A DNA stretch of 14,892 bases from Candidatus Methylomirabilia bacterium (GTDB lineage: Bacteria; Methylomirabilota; Methylomirabilia; Rokubacteriales; CSP1-6). The position numbers were made by a program, and so were the translations under genes. The stretch is taken from assembly GCA_041492755.1 (NCBI GenBank), contig JBGPXN010000107.1, positions 1 through 14,892 on the forward strand. The letters are read 5' to 3'. Shown here in pieces: positions 1 to 8,137 of this stretch (position 1 is the stretch's first letter; each line of letters starts with the position of its first letter). The notes under the pieces are model-generated. The model had not been told where the DNA came from and did no database searches. It saw only the letters and a list, made by a program, of their open reading frames with translations.

Positions 1-1534
1 CCTGGAACCCGAACGCCTCCGCGACCGACGCAAAATCCACGTCCGGAAACACCGACTTCCCCACCGGAAGCTTGCGCATCGCCAGGAAGTGCAGCTCGGC
101 CCCATAGGCGCAATCGTTCATCAGCACGATGATCAACGGGACATCCTCCCGGATCGCGGTTTCCAGCTCGCTCATGGTCATGAGGAAGCCGCCGTCGCCG
201 ATGATCAAAACCGTGGGAGTGCGGGGCCGGCCCTTCGCCACGCCCAGCGCCGTGCCGAAGCCGAGACCGATGGAGGCGAACTCACTTGTCATCTTCAAAT
301 GGCCGGGTGTGGGGACGGTCAGATAGGGCAGGACGCCGAGGAAATTGCCGGCGTCGTAGACGACGTTGCGCTCCCGGGGCAGCAGCTTGTCGAGCTCGAC
401 CCCCAACGCGCGGGGATCCACCGTGCGCGGCGTGTGGGCGACCTCGAAGTCGAGAGCGATGTCAAAACCCGCGATGCTGGCCAGGGTTTCCGCGCTGTGG
501 AAGGGTTTGTCGGCGGCGGGCCGCTCGGGCAGGGCGGCCAGCAGCTGCTCGGCCACCCGCCTGGCATCGCCCACCACCGCCACATCCGCTGTGGTCCACC
601 GGCCGATATGGGCCCGCACGGAATCGACCTGGACGAGTGGTACCGGCGGAATCGCTGCCCCAAAGCTCATGGTGAGAAAGTTCAGCCCGGCGCCAAACAC
701 CAGCACGCAATCGGCCTGGTCCATCATGCGTCGGCCCATGGTGTGGGAGAAGGATCCGAGGATGCCCAGGTTGCAGGGATGGCCGTGGAACATGTCCTTG
801 CCGCGAGCCGAGGTCATCAGCAAGGCGCCCGTTTTGTCCGCCAGGGCTTCCAATGCGGCCTTGGCCCCGGCCCGATGTGCTCCCATGCCGGCCACGATCA
901 GGGGGCGCCGGCTCTTGCCGAGAAGAGCCACGACGACGTCGATGGATTGTCCGCGGGCGCTCGCTGGCTGGCCGACCGGGAGGGGCTGCGGTGTGGCCTG
1001 ACTCCACACCTCCACGTTCATCATCTGTACGTTGGTGGGCAAGAGGACAGCGGCCAGGGTCCCTTGATTCGCGGCGGCCACGGCATCGCGCAGGGTCTGG
1101 CGTGCGGTCGCCGGGCTGGCGGCGGTGAAACAGGTCAGCCCCGCCGCGCCCAGCACGGCCTGAGCGTTGAAGCCCTTGTAGTCGGGACCGATGGTGTTGA
1201 CGGCTCCGCTCGCAACGGCGGCATCGCCATAGATCACCAGCACCTTCGATCCCATGCGACTGGCCGCCACCGCCGCGTGTAACGCATTGGCCGTGGCCGG
1301 TCCCCGCCCAATGAGGGCCACGCCGAGCTCTCCGGTGGCGTAGGCATAGCCCTCGGCCATGGCGACGGCGTTGTTCTCGTGCCGCGCTCCCACGAACTTG
1401 ACGCCCAAGGCGTCCAGCGTCACGGCGAAGACTGCCGTATCGTCGCTCATGAGCCCGAACACGGTACGCACGCCCAAGGCGTGCATGTCCTCGGCCAGGG
1501 CCTGGAACACCGGTACGATCCGACTATCGTGCAT
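1..1534 (-). CDS. Thiamine-diphosphate-dependent enzyme (acetolactate synthase/decarboxylase-like), 3' end outside window
   Basis: Hand translation from ATG at 1534 (GAGG upstream): MHDSRIVPVFQALAEDMHALGVRTVFGLMSDDT...GARHENNAVAMAEGYA...GRGPATANAL, with the conserved RHE Glu. The same frame near 200-110 gives VLIIGDGGFLMTMSELETAIREDVPLIIVLMND, the GDG...N ThDP/Mg motif. Absent from the ORF track because the stop lies outside the window. Confidence 0.92.
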   Translation of the reverse strand, partial: MHDSRIVPVFQALAEDMHALGVRTVFGLMSDDTAVFAVTLDALGVKFVGARHENNAVAMAEGYAYATGELGVALIGRGPATANALHAAVAASRMGSKVLVIYGDAAVASGAVNTIGPDYKGFNAQAVLGAAGLTCFTAASPATARQTLRDAVAAANQGTLAAVLLPTNVQMMNVEVWSQATPQPLPVGQPASARGQSIDVVVALLGKSRRPLIVAGMGAHRAGAKAALEALADKTGALLMTSARGKDMFHGHPCNLGILGSFSHTMGRRMMDQADCVLVFGAGLNFLTMSFGAAIPPVPLVQVDSVRAHIGRWTTADVAVVGDARRVAEQLLAALPERPAADKPFHSAETLASIAGFDIALDFEVAHTPRTVDPRALGVELDKLLPRERNVVYDAGNFLGVLPYLTVPTPGHLKMTSEFASIGLGFGTALGVAKGRPRTPTVLIIGDGGFLMTMSELETAIREDVPLIIVLMNDCAYGAELHFLAMRKLPVGKSVFPDVDFASVAEAFGFQ

Positions 1535-1618
1535 CGCCGTCCTCGCCTCTCCCCTGTCGGCCCCCGGCTCGCGGTGCGCGACTCGGAGCGGCGCCGGCTC
1601 AGCCGGTCCGCCGCCGTC

Positions 1619-2617
1619 TCAGTACGTCAGGAAGATTCGCTCGATCTCGTCCGGCTTCGATGTCCGCGTCAGGGCCAGCGCCAACAGCACCCGCGCCTTC
1701 TGCGGCGTGAGGTTGTCGCTGATCAGCACGCCGGCATCGCGCAGGCGCTGACCGCGAAACGTGCGGCCGCTCCCGGCGCGCGTGCATTGCAGGACCACGA
1801 CCCCCTCGGCAACCGCCGTTTTCATCGCGTTCAGGTCGGCCGGTGTGACCATGCCGGGCGCGAACCCCGCAACGACTAAGCCCGTCGCGCCAGCCGCGAC
1901 GAACGCGCGCACCGCGGTGCCGTCGCTCCCCGTGTACGAGTACGCGATATCGACTCGCGGCAGCGCGTCGAGATTGCGCGCGTCGAACTCGGTGTCGGGC
2001 GCCACCTTCCGGATCGGACGGCGATAGAACGCGATCGCATCACCGTCGGCGTGGCCAAGTGCACCGAAATCGGCTGAACGGAACGTCTGCAACCGCGTCG
2101 TCGACGTCTTCGTCACGTCGCGCGCCGTGTGGATCTCGTCGTTCAGAAGTACGAGTACACCCATGCCGCGCGCCATCGGGCTCGCGGCCGTCCGAACGGC
2201 GTTGACCAGATTCAGCCCGGCGTCGCTGGAGAGCGCGCTGGCCGGCCGCTGCGATCCGACGACGACGACCGGAAGGCTGATCTTCAACGTCAGGTTCAGG
2301 AAGTATGCGGTCTCTTCGAGGCTCGCGGTACCGTGGCCGATGACGATCCCCGCAAGATCGGGATACTCGGCGACGAGCGCGTCGCAGCGGTGCAGGAGAG
2401 CCTTCCACTCGGTGAAGTAGATGGCCGTGCTTGGCACGTTGGCGAATTGCACGGGAATGACGTCGGCGACCATCTTCAACTCGGGGAAGCGCGTGACGAT
2501 CTCGTCCGCGTGCATCATGACGCCGTTGGCGCTGTAGTCTTGCAGATCGAGCGGCGTCTTGCCGACCGACGCAATCGTGCCACCGGTTCCGATGAACGCG
2601 ACTTTCGGGAGCCCCAC
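1619..2617 (-). CDS. Asparaginase/glutaminase family protein (~332 aa)
   Basis: Motifs GTGGTIAS, HGTASLEETAYFL, PVVVVGSQRP, DVTKTST, NLTPQKARVLL. Start placed at GTG 2617 (VGLPKVAFIG); the upstream part of ORF 1619..2809 looks non-coding. Confidence 0.9.
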   Translation of the reverse strand: MGLPKVAFIGTGGTIASVGKTPLDLQDYSANGVMMHADEIVTRFPELKMVADVIPVQFANVPSTAIYFTEWKALLHRCDALVAEYPDLAGIVIGHGTASLEETAYFLNLTLKISLPVVVVGSQRPASALSSDAGLNLVNAVRTAASPMARGMGVLVLLNDEIHTARDVTKTSTTRLQTFRSADFGALGHADGDAIAFYRRPIRKVAPDTEFDARNLDALPRVDIAYSYTGSDGTAVRAFVAAGATGLVVAGFAPGMVTPADLNAMKTAVAEGVVVLQCTRAGSGRTFRGQRLRDAGVLISDNLTPQKARVLLALALTRTSKPDEIERIFLTY

Positions 2618-3289
2618 CCCAGCACCATCGTGTCGTACGACGCGCTCTGTCAAGCGAGAAACGAGGGACCTCTCAGGGTTCCCGCTTTCATTGCTTTCGG
2701 CGATCCACGGTTCAGCGCCGACCAGGCGCGCCGAGCGAGCGTCGAAGCTTCTGCTCGTGTCGCGTGGGGCGAGACGCCCCTCGCTGTGCGGAATCCGGCG
2801 TGCCGGCAACGAACGGAACGGCGCTCGCCGTCACGGGGTTATCGGCCGGTACGTCACGCCTCCCATCGTCAGGCCGCGCGGTCGCTTGCCGTCGAACGAC
2901 GAGCGAAGGCGCGCATCGCAGGTCGCTCGCGGATCTGCTGGTTGCGCACTACAGGCGGAAGCACGCTCAGCCTTCGACCTCGAAGCAGTAGGCGAGGCCT
3001 GAGCGATTCTCGCCACTGCTACTTCCAGCCCCCGCAACCACGCTCGAAGGGGCCAGGCTTGATTAGCTTGGCCCCTTCCTCTATCCGCAGTGACGGAAGC
3101 CGTCGAGCTGTTCCTCGAATGCGCGGATCCGGACGAGATCAGCCGTCGAACGCGTGCCGAGATATTCGTGACGCGGTTCGAAGCATCGAATGGGTAGACT
3201 TCGCGTCCTGTTAGGACGGGAAGTATGCCGAGTCCTCGAACGACAGTTGGTTTGACCGGTCTCGTCGACTTTGACAGGATCTCCTGACG

Positions 3290-4432
3290 ATGGCCGAGAA
3301 CTCTCCTGACGTCGTGATCATCGGCGGCGGCATTGCCGGCATGACTACCGCGTACGACCTGGCGAAGGCTGGCGTGCCGAGCGTCGTCGTCGAGCGCGAC
3401 GCGATCGGCAGCCACGCTTCCGGCTTCGCGTACGGAGGGCTGAGCCCGTTGAGCGGCTTCGGCATTCCCGGGCCCATGGCCGAGATCGCCCAGGACGGGA
3501 TGCGATTGCATCGTGAGTTGTCGAAGAGCCTCCTGGACGAAACCGGGATCGACGTGGATTTCCGCGTGCGCTCGTCTCTGGCCCTGGCCTTCACCGAGTC
3601 GGACGTGCAGAGGCTCCAGGCCGCGATGCCGTGGCAGCAGCGGCAGCCAGGCTACGCGGTGCGCTGGCTCGACATCGCGGAGGCTCGCCGGGTGGAACCG
3701 CGGATCTCGGACGAGACGCTCGGGGCAACGCTGATCGAGGGTGGGGGCGCGGTCGAACCCTATCGGCTGGTGCTGGCGCTCACCCGGGCCGCCGAGCGTC
3801 TCGGCGTGAGGGTGCGACACGGGCGGGTAATCGGCCTGCGACGCGACCGCGGGCGCGTGACCGGTGTGGTCCTGGAGCGCGAGGTGCTGAGCTGCGCGAC
3901 CGCGGTGCTCGCGCTTGGTCCGTGGAGCGCCGATGCGTCGGGCTGGATCGGCGTGCCGATCGACGTCCGTCCGATCAAGGGGCAGATCCTCCGCCTGCAG
4001 GCTCCCGGTCCGCCGATCGAATGTTCCGTCGGCTGGGGCCACAACTACGCCACGACGAAAACCGACGGCCTCCTGTGGGCGGGGACCACCGAGGAAGAGG
4101 CAGGCTTCGACGAGGAGTCGACGCTCACGGCGCGCGACGAGATCGGCGCTGCCCTCTTGAGGATGTTGCCGGCGATGGCGGACGCGCAGGTCGCGCAGCA
4201 GACCGCCTGCCTGCGTCCGGTGGCCTCCGACGGGCTTCTCGTGCTCGGCGGTGTGCCGGGGGTCGATCACCTCTACGTGGCGACGGGCGGCGCCCGCAAA
4301 GGCATCCTCTACGGTCCCGCCATGGGGCACGCGATCGCCGATCTCGTCCTCGGTCGGGACACGCGAGTTGCGCTCGACCAATTCGCGCCTGGCCGCTTCG
4401 CCGCCGCTCGCGAAGCGCCGCGGCGCGCGTGA
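3290..4432 (+). CDS. FAD-dependent oxidoreductase, glycine/D-amino-acid oxidase (ThiO/DadA-like) family
   Basis: N-terminal DVVIIGGGIAG Rossmann motif, ASGFAYGGL, VRPIKGQIL, ACLRP, YVATGGARKGILYGP; 380 aa. Confidence 0.88.
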   Translation: MAENSPDVVIIGGGIAGMTTAYDLAKAGVPSVVVERDAIGSHASGFAYGGLSPLSGFGIPGPMAEIAQDGMRLHRELSKSLLDETGIDVDFRVRSSLALAFTESDVQRLQAAMPWQQRQPGYAVRWLDIAEARRVEPRISDETLGATLIEGGGAVEPYRLVLALTRAAERLGVRVRHGRVIGLRRDRGRVTGVVLEREVLSCATAVLALGPWSADASGWIGVPIDVRPIKGQILRLQAPGPPIECSVGWGHNYATTKTDGLLWAGTTEEEAGFDEESTLTARDEIGAALLRMLPAMADAQVAQQTACLRPVASDGLLVLGGVPGVDHLYVATGGARKGILYGPAMGHAIADLVLGRDTRVALDQFAPGRFAAAREAPRRA

Positions 4433-4453
4433 AGCCAGGCGCGACTCACGGTT

Positions 4454-5293
4454 CTCCACGGGGACCGAGCCACCCATCGTCGTGCGATGCATCAGGCGGC
4501 GCTGGGGCATCTCGTAGTCCTGGATCGCCCGATGCTGGACCATGCAGTTGTCCCACATCAGCACGTCGCCGGGGCGCCATTGATGACGATACACGAACGC
4601 GGGCTTGACGATGTGATCCGCCAGTGCGGCGATCAACGCCTCCGCCTCGTCGGGCTCCATCCCGTCGATGCCGGTGCAGTCGTCGCGCATCACGTAGAGA
4701 CATTTGCGACCGGTCGACGGATGAGTCCGTACGATCGGATGGCGAACCGGTGGGTTCCGATCGATTTCGGCCTGGGTGGGCGTGAGAGCCCGCTTGCGTC
4801 CACGGAAATCGAACACGGCCTGTCGTCCCTCGAGGCTGCGCTTCATCGCATCCGGCAAGGCATCCCAGGCCGCTGCGGCGCTCGCGAACTCGGTGTCGCC
4901 GAGCGGGAGCCCGTGCAACTCGGGAACCTCGATGGCGTACAGGATGGTCCCGCGCGGCGGTCTCGCGGTGTAGCTCATGTCGCTGTGCCAGTTCTCGCCG
5001 GCGCGGCGCACGCCGGTCGGTCGGCCGCCTTCGGTGATGTTGGACAGGACCACGATCTCGGGGTTGCCGGGCACGCTCCAGCGTTCTCCGAAGATGTTGA
5101 ATTCGATCTTGCCGAAGCGGCGCGTGAACGCGACCTGCTGGGCGGGCGTGACCGCCTGCCCACGGAAGAAGATGACACCGTATTCGTTGTAGGCGCGTTC
5201 GATCGCGGCAAACGTCGCGTCGTCGAACGGCTGCGAGAGATCCACGCCCGCGATCTCGGCGCCGAGCACGGCTGCGGTCGGAATGACTTTCAT
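4454..5293 (-). CDS. TauD/TfdA family Fe(II)/2-oxoglutarate dioxygenase (279-aa domain; stop apparently lost, frame stays open to 2831)
   Basis: LGAEIAGVDL, WHSDMSY (HxD), GDTEFAS, HPIVRTHP, WDNCMVQHRA (distal His), RLMHRTT (2OG-binding Arg). Family resemblance ends at GSVPV (4457); the next codon is GAG at 4456-4454. Confidence 0.9.
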
Positions 5294-5360
5294 GGTGCGT
5301 CGACGTCTATCACAACCCGGCGCGCTGTATCAAACGTCCGAGCGAAGGAGGTCATCGAGC

Positions 5361-6128
5361 ATGGCACGACTGAACGGGAAGGTGGCCGCCGTGAGCGGCG
5401 GAGCCTCAGGGATCGGCGAAGCCACGGTGCGACGGTTCGTGACGGAAGGGGCGAAGGTCGCGTTCGCCGACCGCGATGTCGAGCGGGGCAAGCGCGTCGC
5501 GGCGGAGATCACGGCGAGCGGCGGCGACGTCGTGTTCGTGGAAGCGCACGTGGAACGCGAGGCCGAGGCTGCGACGTTCGTCGCGCAGGCAGCGCAACGC
5601 TTCGGCCGACTCGACATCCTCGTCAACAACGCCGGAGTTCGGCTGTATCACACGGTGGAAGATGCCACGTCCGAGAGCTGGGACGAGATTCTCGGCGTGA
5701 ATCTCAAGGGCTACGCGTTCTGCGCGAAAGCGGCGATTCCGCTCCTGCGGCAGGCCGGTGGAGGCAGCATCGTTAACGTCGCCTCGGTGCGCTCGGTGAC
5801 GAGCATCGGCAAGACGACGCAGTACGACACGACCAAGGCGGCGGTGGCCGGGCTGACACGCGGGATGGCGGCGGATCACGCCGCGGACGGCATCCGGGTG
5901 AACGCGGTCTGCCCCGGGCCGATCTACACGCCCTTTCACGAGAAGCGCAATCAAGCGATCGGCCGGACGTTCGAGCAATACCGCGATGACGCGGCCAAGG
6001 GCACGCTGCTCCGGCGTCACGGCACGCCCGATGAAGTCGCCGCGTGCATCCTGTTTCTCGCGTCCGACGACGCCTCGTACGTGACCGGAACACTATTGTT
6101 CGTCGACGGCGGCTACACCGCGATGTGA
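5361..6128 (+). CDS. Short-chain dehydrogenase/reductase (classical SDR, 255 aa)
   Basis: AAGGAGG RBS at 5345-5351 before ATG 5361; SGGASGIG, NNAG, NVAS, YDTTK (YxxxK), RVNAVCPG, VDGG. Confidence 0.93.
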   Translation: MARLNGKVAAVSGGASGIGEATVRRFVTEGAKVAFADRDVERGKRVAAEITASGGDVVFVEAHVEREAEAATFVAQAAQRFGRLDILVNNAGVRLYHTVEDATSESWDEILGVNLKGYAFCAKAAIPLLRQAGGGSIVNVASVRSVTSIGKTTQYDTTKAAVAGLTRGMAADHAADGIRVNAVCPGPIYTPFHEKRNQAIGRTFEQYRDDAAKGTLLRRHGTPDEVAACILFLASDDASYVTGTLLFVDGGYTAM

Positions 6129-6150
6129 CCGACGCGCTTCGGCTCGCAAC

Positions 6151-6169
6151 GCGGCGACGTCGTCGCCGC
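6151..6169. terminator. GC-rich palindrome between convergent genes, possible bidirectional terminator/pause
   Basis: GCGGCGACG-T-CGTCGCCGC perfect inverted repeat between the SDR and amidohydrolase stops; no U-tract. Confidence 0.35.
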
Positions 6170-6176
6170 TGGGGCG

Positions 6177-7019
6177 CTAACGCTTCTTCGGAGACCAGCC
6201 GTACGCCTTGGCGCAGGCGCCGCCCATCAGCATTGCGCGTTCACTGTCGCTCAGGCGATTGGTCCGGCGGAATGGGTCTACGGCCTGTTCGTAGTTGACG
6301 ACTGCGAACGCGCGAGTCCAGTCCGTACCCCACAGGCAGCGTTCGAAACCCCACGCGTCGAACACGCGGGCGAGCGGGTCCCAGATGTCCGGGAAGGGAT
6401 ACGGCTCTTTGGAGAGCGTGCAGGCACCGCTGACCTTGATCACCGCGTTTGTCCGCCTCGCGAGATCTAGTACCTTCGGCAGATCGGCCCACGGCTGTGG
6501 CGGGGCGGGCGGCGTTCGGGGCTGCATGATGGCCAGATGGTCGATGATGAATCGCGTGTCGGGGTGGCGATCGATCAGCGCTGCACCCGCGTCCACGTTG
6601 CCCCAGCACAGCATGTTGACCGGAAAGTCGTGCCGAACCGCCGCGCGCAGAATTCGGTCGAGGCCCGGGTCGTTTGGCTCGCGCCCCGCTTCTTTGGTCA
6701 TCATGATCCGGATGCCGACTGTGCCCGGCGTCTTCTTCCAGTCGGCGATGACATCGGCCACAGCCGGATCATCCGGATCGACCGGCTTGACGAGGGCGAA
6801 CCGACCGGGATGAGCCCGCTGCACTTCCACGGCATAGCTCGCGTCGTAGCGGTACATGGAAAACGCGGAAATGAAGATCGCGCCGTCGACGTCGACCGCG
6901 TCCATGGCCGCCACCATCTCGCCACCGGTGACGTGATCAGGCCAGTTCGGGACACTGTGCCAGGGACGTTTCGGTGTGTTCGCCTCGTAGACGTGGACCT
7001 GGGAATCGATGATCGTCAT
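6177..7019 (-). CDS. Amidohydrolase_2 family protein (LigI/sugar-lactonase-like), 280 aa
   Basis: IIDSQVH, FIIDHLA, IKVSG, RCLWGTDW motifs; GGAGG RBS at 7033-7029. Confidence 0.88.
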   Translation of the reverse strand: MTIIDSQVHVYEANTPKRPWHSVPNWPDHVTGGEMVAAMDAVDVDGAIFISAFSMYRYDASYAVEVQRAHPGRFALVKPVDPDDPAVADVIADWKKTPGTVGIRIMMTKEAGREPNDPGLDRILRAAVRHDFPVNMLCWGNVDAGAALIDRHPDTRFIIDHLAIMQPRTPPAPPQPWADLPKVLDLARRTNAVIKVSGACTLSKEPYPFPDIWDPLARVFDAWGFERCLWGTDWTRAFAVVNYEQAVDPFRRTNRLSDSERAMLMGGACAKAYGWSPKKR

Positions 7020-7044
7020 CGGGACGTTCCTCCGTGCCGCTCGG

Positions 7045-7074
7045 ATTCTTCGTCTATGTTGGGCCGGACGTCAA
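7045..7074 (-). promoter_or_regulatory. Putative sigma70 promoter of the amidohydrolase gene
   Basis: Minus strand TTGACG (7074-7069), 18 bp, AAGAAT (7050-7045), just upstream of the RBS. Confidence 0.35.
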
Positions 7075-7291
7075 GCACGCGTGCGGCCGACTCATCGAAC
7101 ATCGCTCCAGTACGCTTCGGGAAGCGTGTAGCACTGTGCAAATCCAGCCCCAGCAACCGCACCAAGACTCCACAACGGCGCCCGACTAGTTAGTTAGCGG
7201 CAGGTAGGGAAGGAGCACGGTGATCAGCGCGTAATAAAATCGCGTACTTGAATTACGTAAGTTCGATCACGTCCCGTTGGGGATTTGAACG

Positions 7292-7459
7292 CGTGGTGCG
7301 GCGCGCGGACCCCCGAGGGCTACTCAGATGTCCGGGTGATGGCCGCGCCCCGAGCGTCAGGGGCTTTTTACGCCGGGCGATCGCCATGGCGGCGAGCTGA
7401 CGCTCGAGGGACGCCCGGCGTCCGAGGTGGTCCTTCTGCCCCGCGCACGCTTCTCCACG
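7292..7459 (+). ncRNA. Candidate structured RNA (nested rod with an alternative terminator fold)
   Basis: Nested pairs: CGTGG 7292-96/CCACG 7455-59; GCGCGG 7303-08/CCGCGC 7441-46; GAGGGCTA 7315-22/TGGTCCTT 7428-35 (G-U pairs on + strand); CCGGG 7332-36/CCCGG 7414-18; CGAGCGTCAG 7351-60/CTGACGCTCG 7397-7406. Confidence 0.4.
7347..7369 (+). terminator. Intrinsic terminator-like hairpin
   Basis: GCCCC-GAGCGTCA-GGGGC followed by TTTTT. Confidence 0.45.
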
Positions 7460-7566
7460 GCCTTTGTCCAGCTCACGGCGGCTCTCACGCGTCCGCGCCG
7501 CCGCGGTCCGTGCGTTGCTCGCGCTCGGGAGCATGACGTCGAGAGTTGCGCTTCGAGCGCCGGCCC

Positions 7567-7725
7567 GTGGACGCCGGTGGACGCGGAGTGCCGCCTGGTG
7601 CCGCCTGGTGCAGAGGAGAATCCGCCAAATTACCGGAATGTTGAGTGGGCGGCTCTACGAATCCCTTACCCTCCACCACTGAAAGATCAAATAGTTGCAG
7701 TGCTTTGTGGACGCCGGTGGACGCG
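7567..7725 (+). mobile_element. Tyrosine-integrase att-like site 1 (tRNA-Ala-type core, arm repeats on both sides)
   Basis: 19-bp direct repeat GTGGACGCCGGTGGACGCG at 7567-7585 and 7707-7725; 10-bp tandem GTGCCGCCTG x2 at 7588-7607; tRNA-like core at 7658-7678; IHF-like GATCAAATAGTTG at 7685-7697 (one mismatch to WATCAANNNNTTR). Confidence 0.7.
7658..7678 (+). other. 3' fragment of a tRNA-Ala-like (or tmRNA-like) gene, att core
   Basis: CGAAT-CCCTT-ACCCTCC-A-CCA fits T-loop end + 5-nt T-stem + 7-nt acceptor strand + discriminator + CCA. U70 and A73 match alanine identity elements. No 5' half is present. Confidence 0.65.
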
Positions 7726-7748
7726 AACGGGCGCGGCCGCCGGCGTCC

Positions 7749-8137
7749 AAGTACGCGGTCCTCCTGGCGCTCCTCGACCTCGCCGCTCGAACACACGACG
7801 CGATCCGGCGGTCCTCCTGACGTCCTCACGACACGGCAACTCGCCGAGAAGATCGTGGAGGTCTACTGGCCCCAAAACACGGCCGTTTGCGCATGGACCA
7901 GGCGCGAAGGCGCTCGCGCGGAACGTAGGCGGTCAGGCGGAGATCCTCGCCGACATCGCCGGGTTCCGCGCCCAGTGCGTTCTCGACCCCGCAGCGCCTC
8001 TCTGGGAGGCCCGGCGGGCGAATGCCGCCGGGTTCGAGCGTCTGGTGCAGCGCGGGTTAGAGTGGAAGCTGATCGAGATGCCGCTCCCGCGCCTCCAGGT
8101 CATCGGTTCGGCGGTGTCGGAGTTCATCTACAACGTG
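7749..8137 (+). pseudogene. Frameshifted, truncated fragment resembling the N-terminal domain of an HNH endonuclease
   Basis: Three successive frames join into KYAVLLALLDL / LEHTTRSGGPPDVLTTRQLAEKIVEVYWPQ / TRPF...QAEILADIAGFR...FERLVQRGLEWKLIEMPLPRLQVIG...FIYNV. No start codon and no HNH motif remain; the family call is from recall. Confidence 0.6.

Noticed and set aside
89..1282. 397-aa + strand ORF
   Set aside because: Antisense shadow of the ThDP enzyme gene; no motifs.
2831..4453. C-terminal 540 aa of the 820-aa ORF as a novel TauD fusion domain
   Set aside because: It is mostly the antisense frame of the FAD-oxidase gene plus intergenic DNA; Arg/Pro-rich and not domain-like.
7470..7560. 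Possible integrase C-terminal remnant (SHAS / AAVRAL) just before att-like site 1
   Set aside because: No catalytic Tyr or H-x-x-R motif; too short to support.
7567..7725. CRISPR-like repeat pair
   Set aside because: Only two 19-bp copies with a 121-bp gap and no cas genes; better explained as integrase arm sites.
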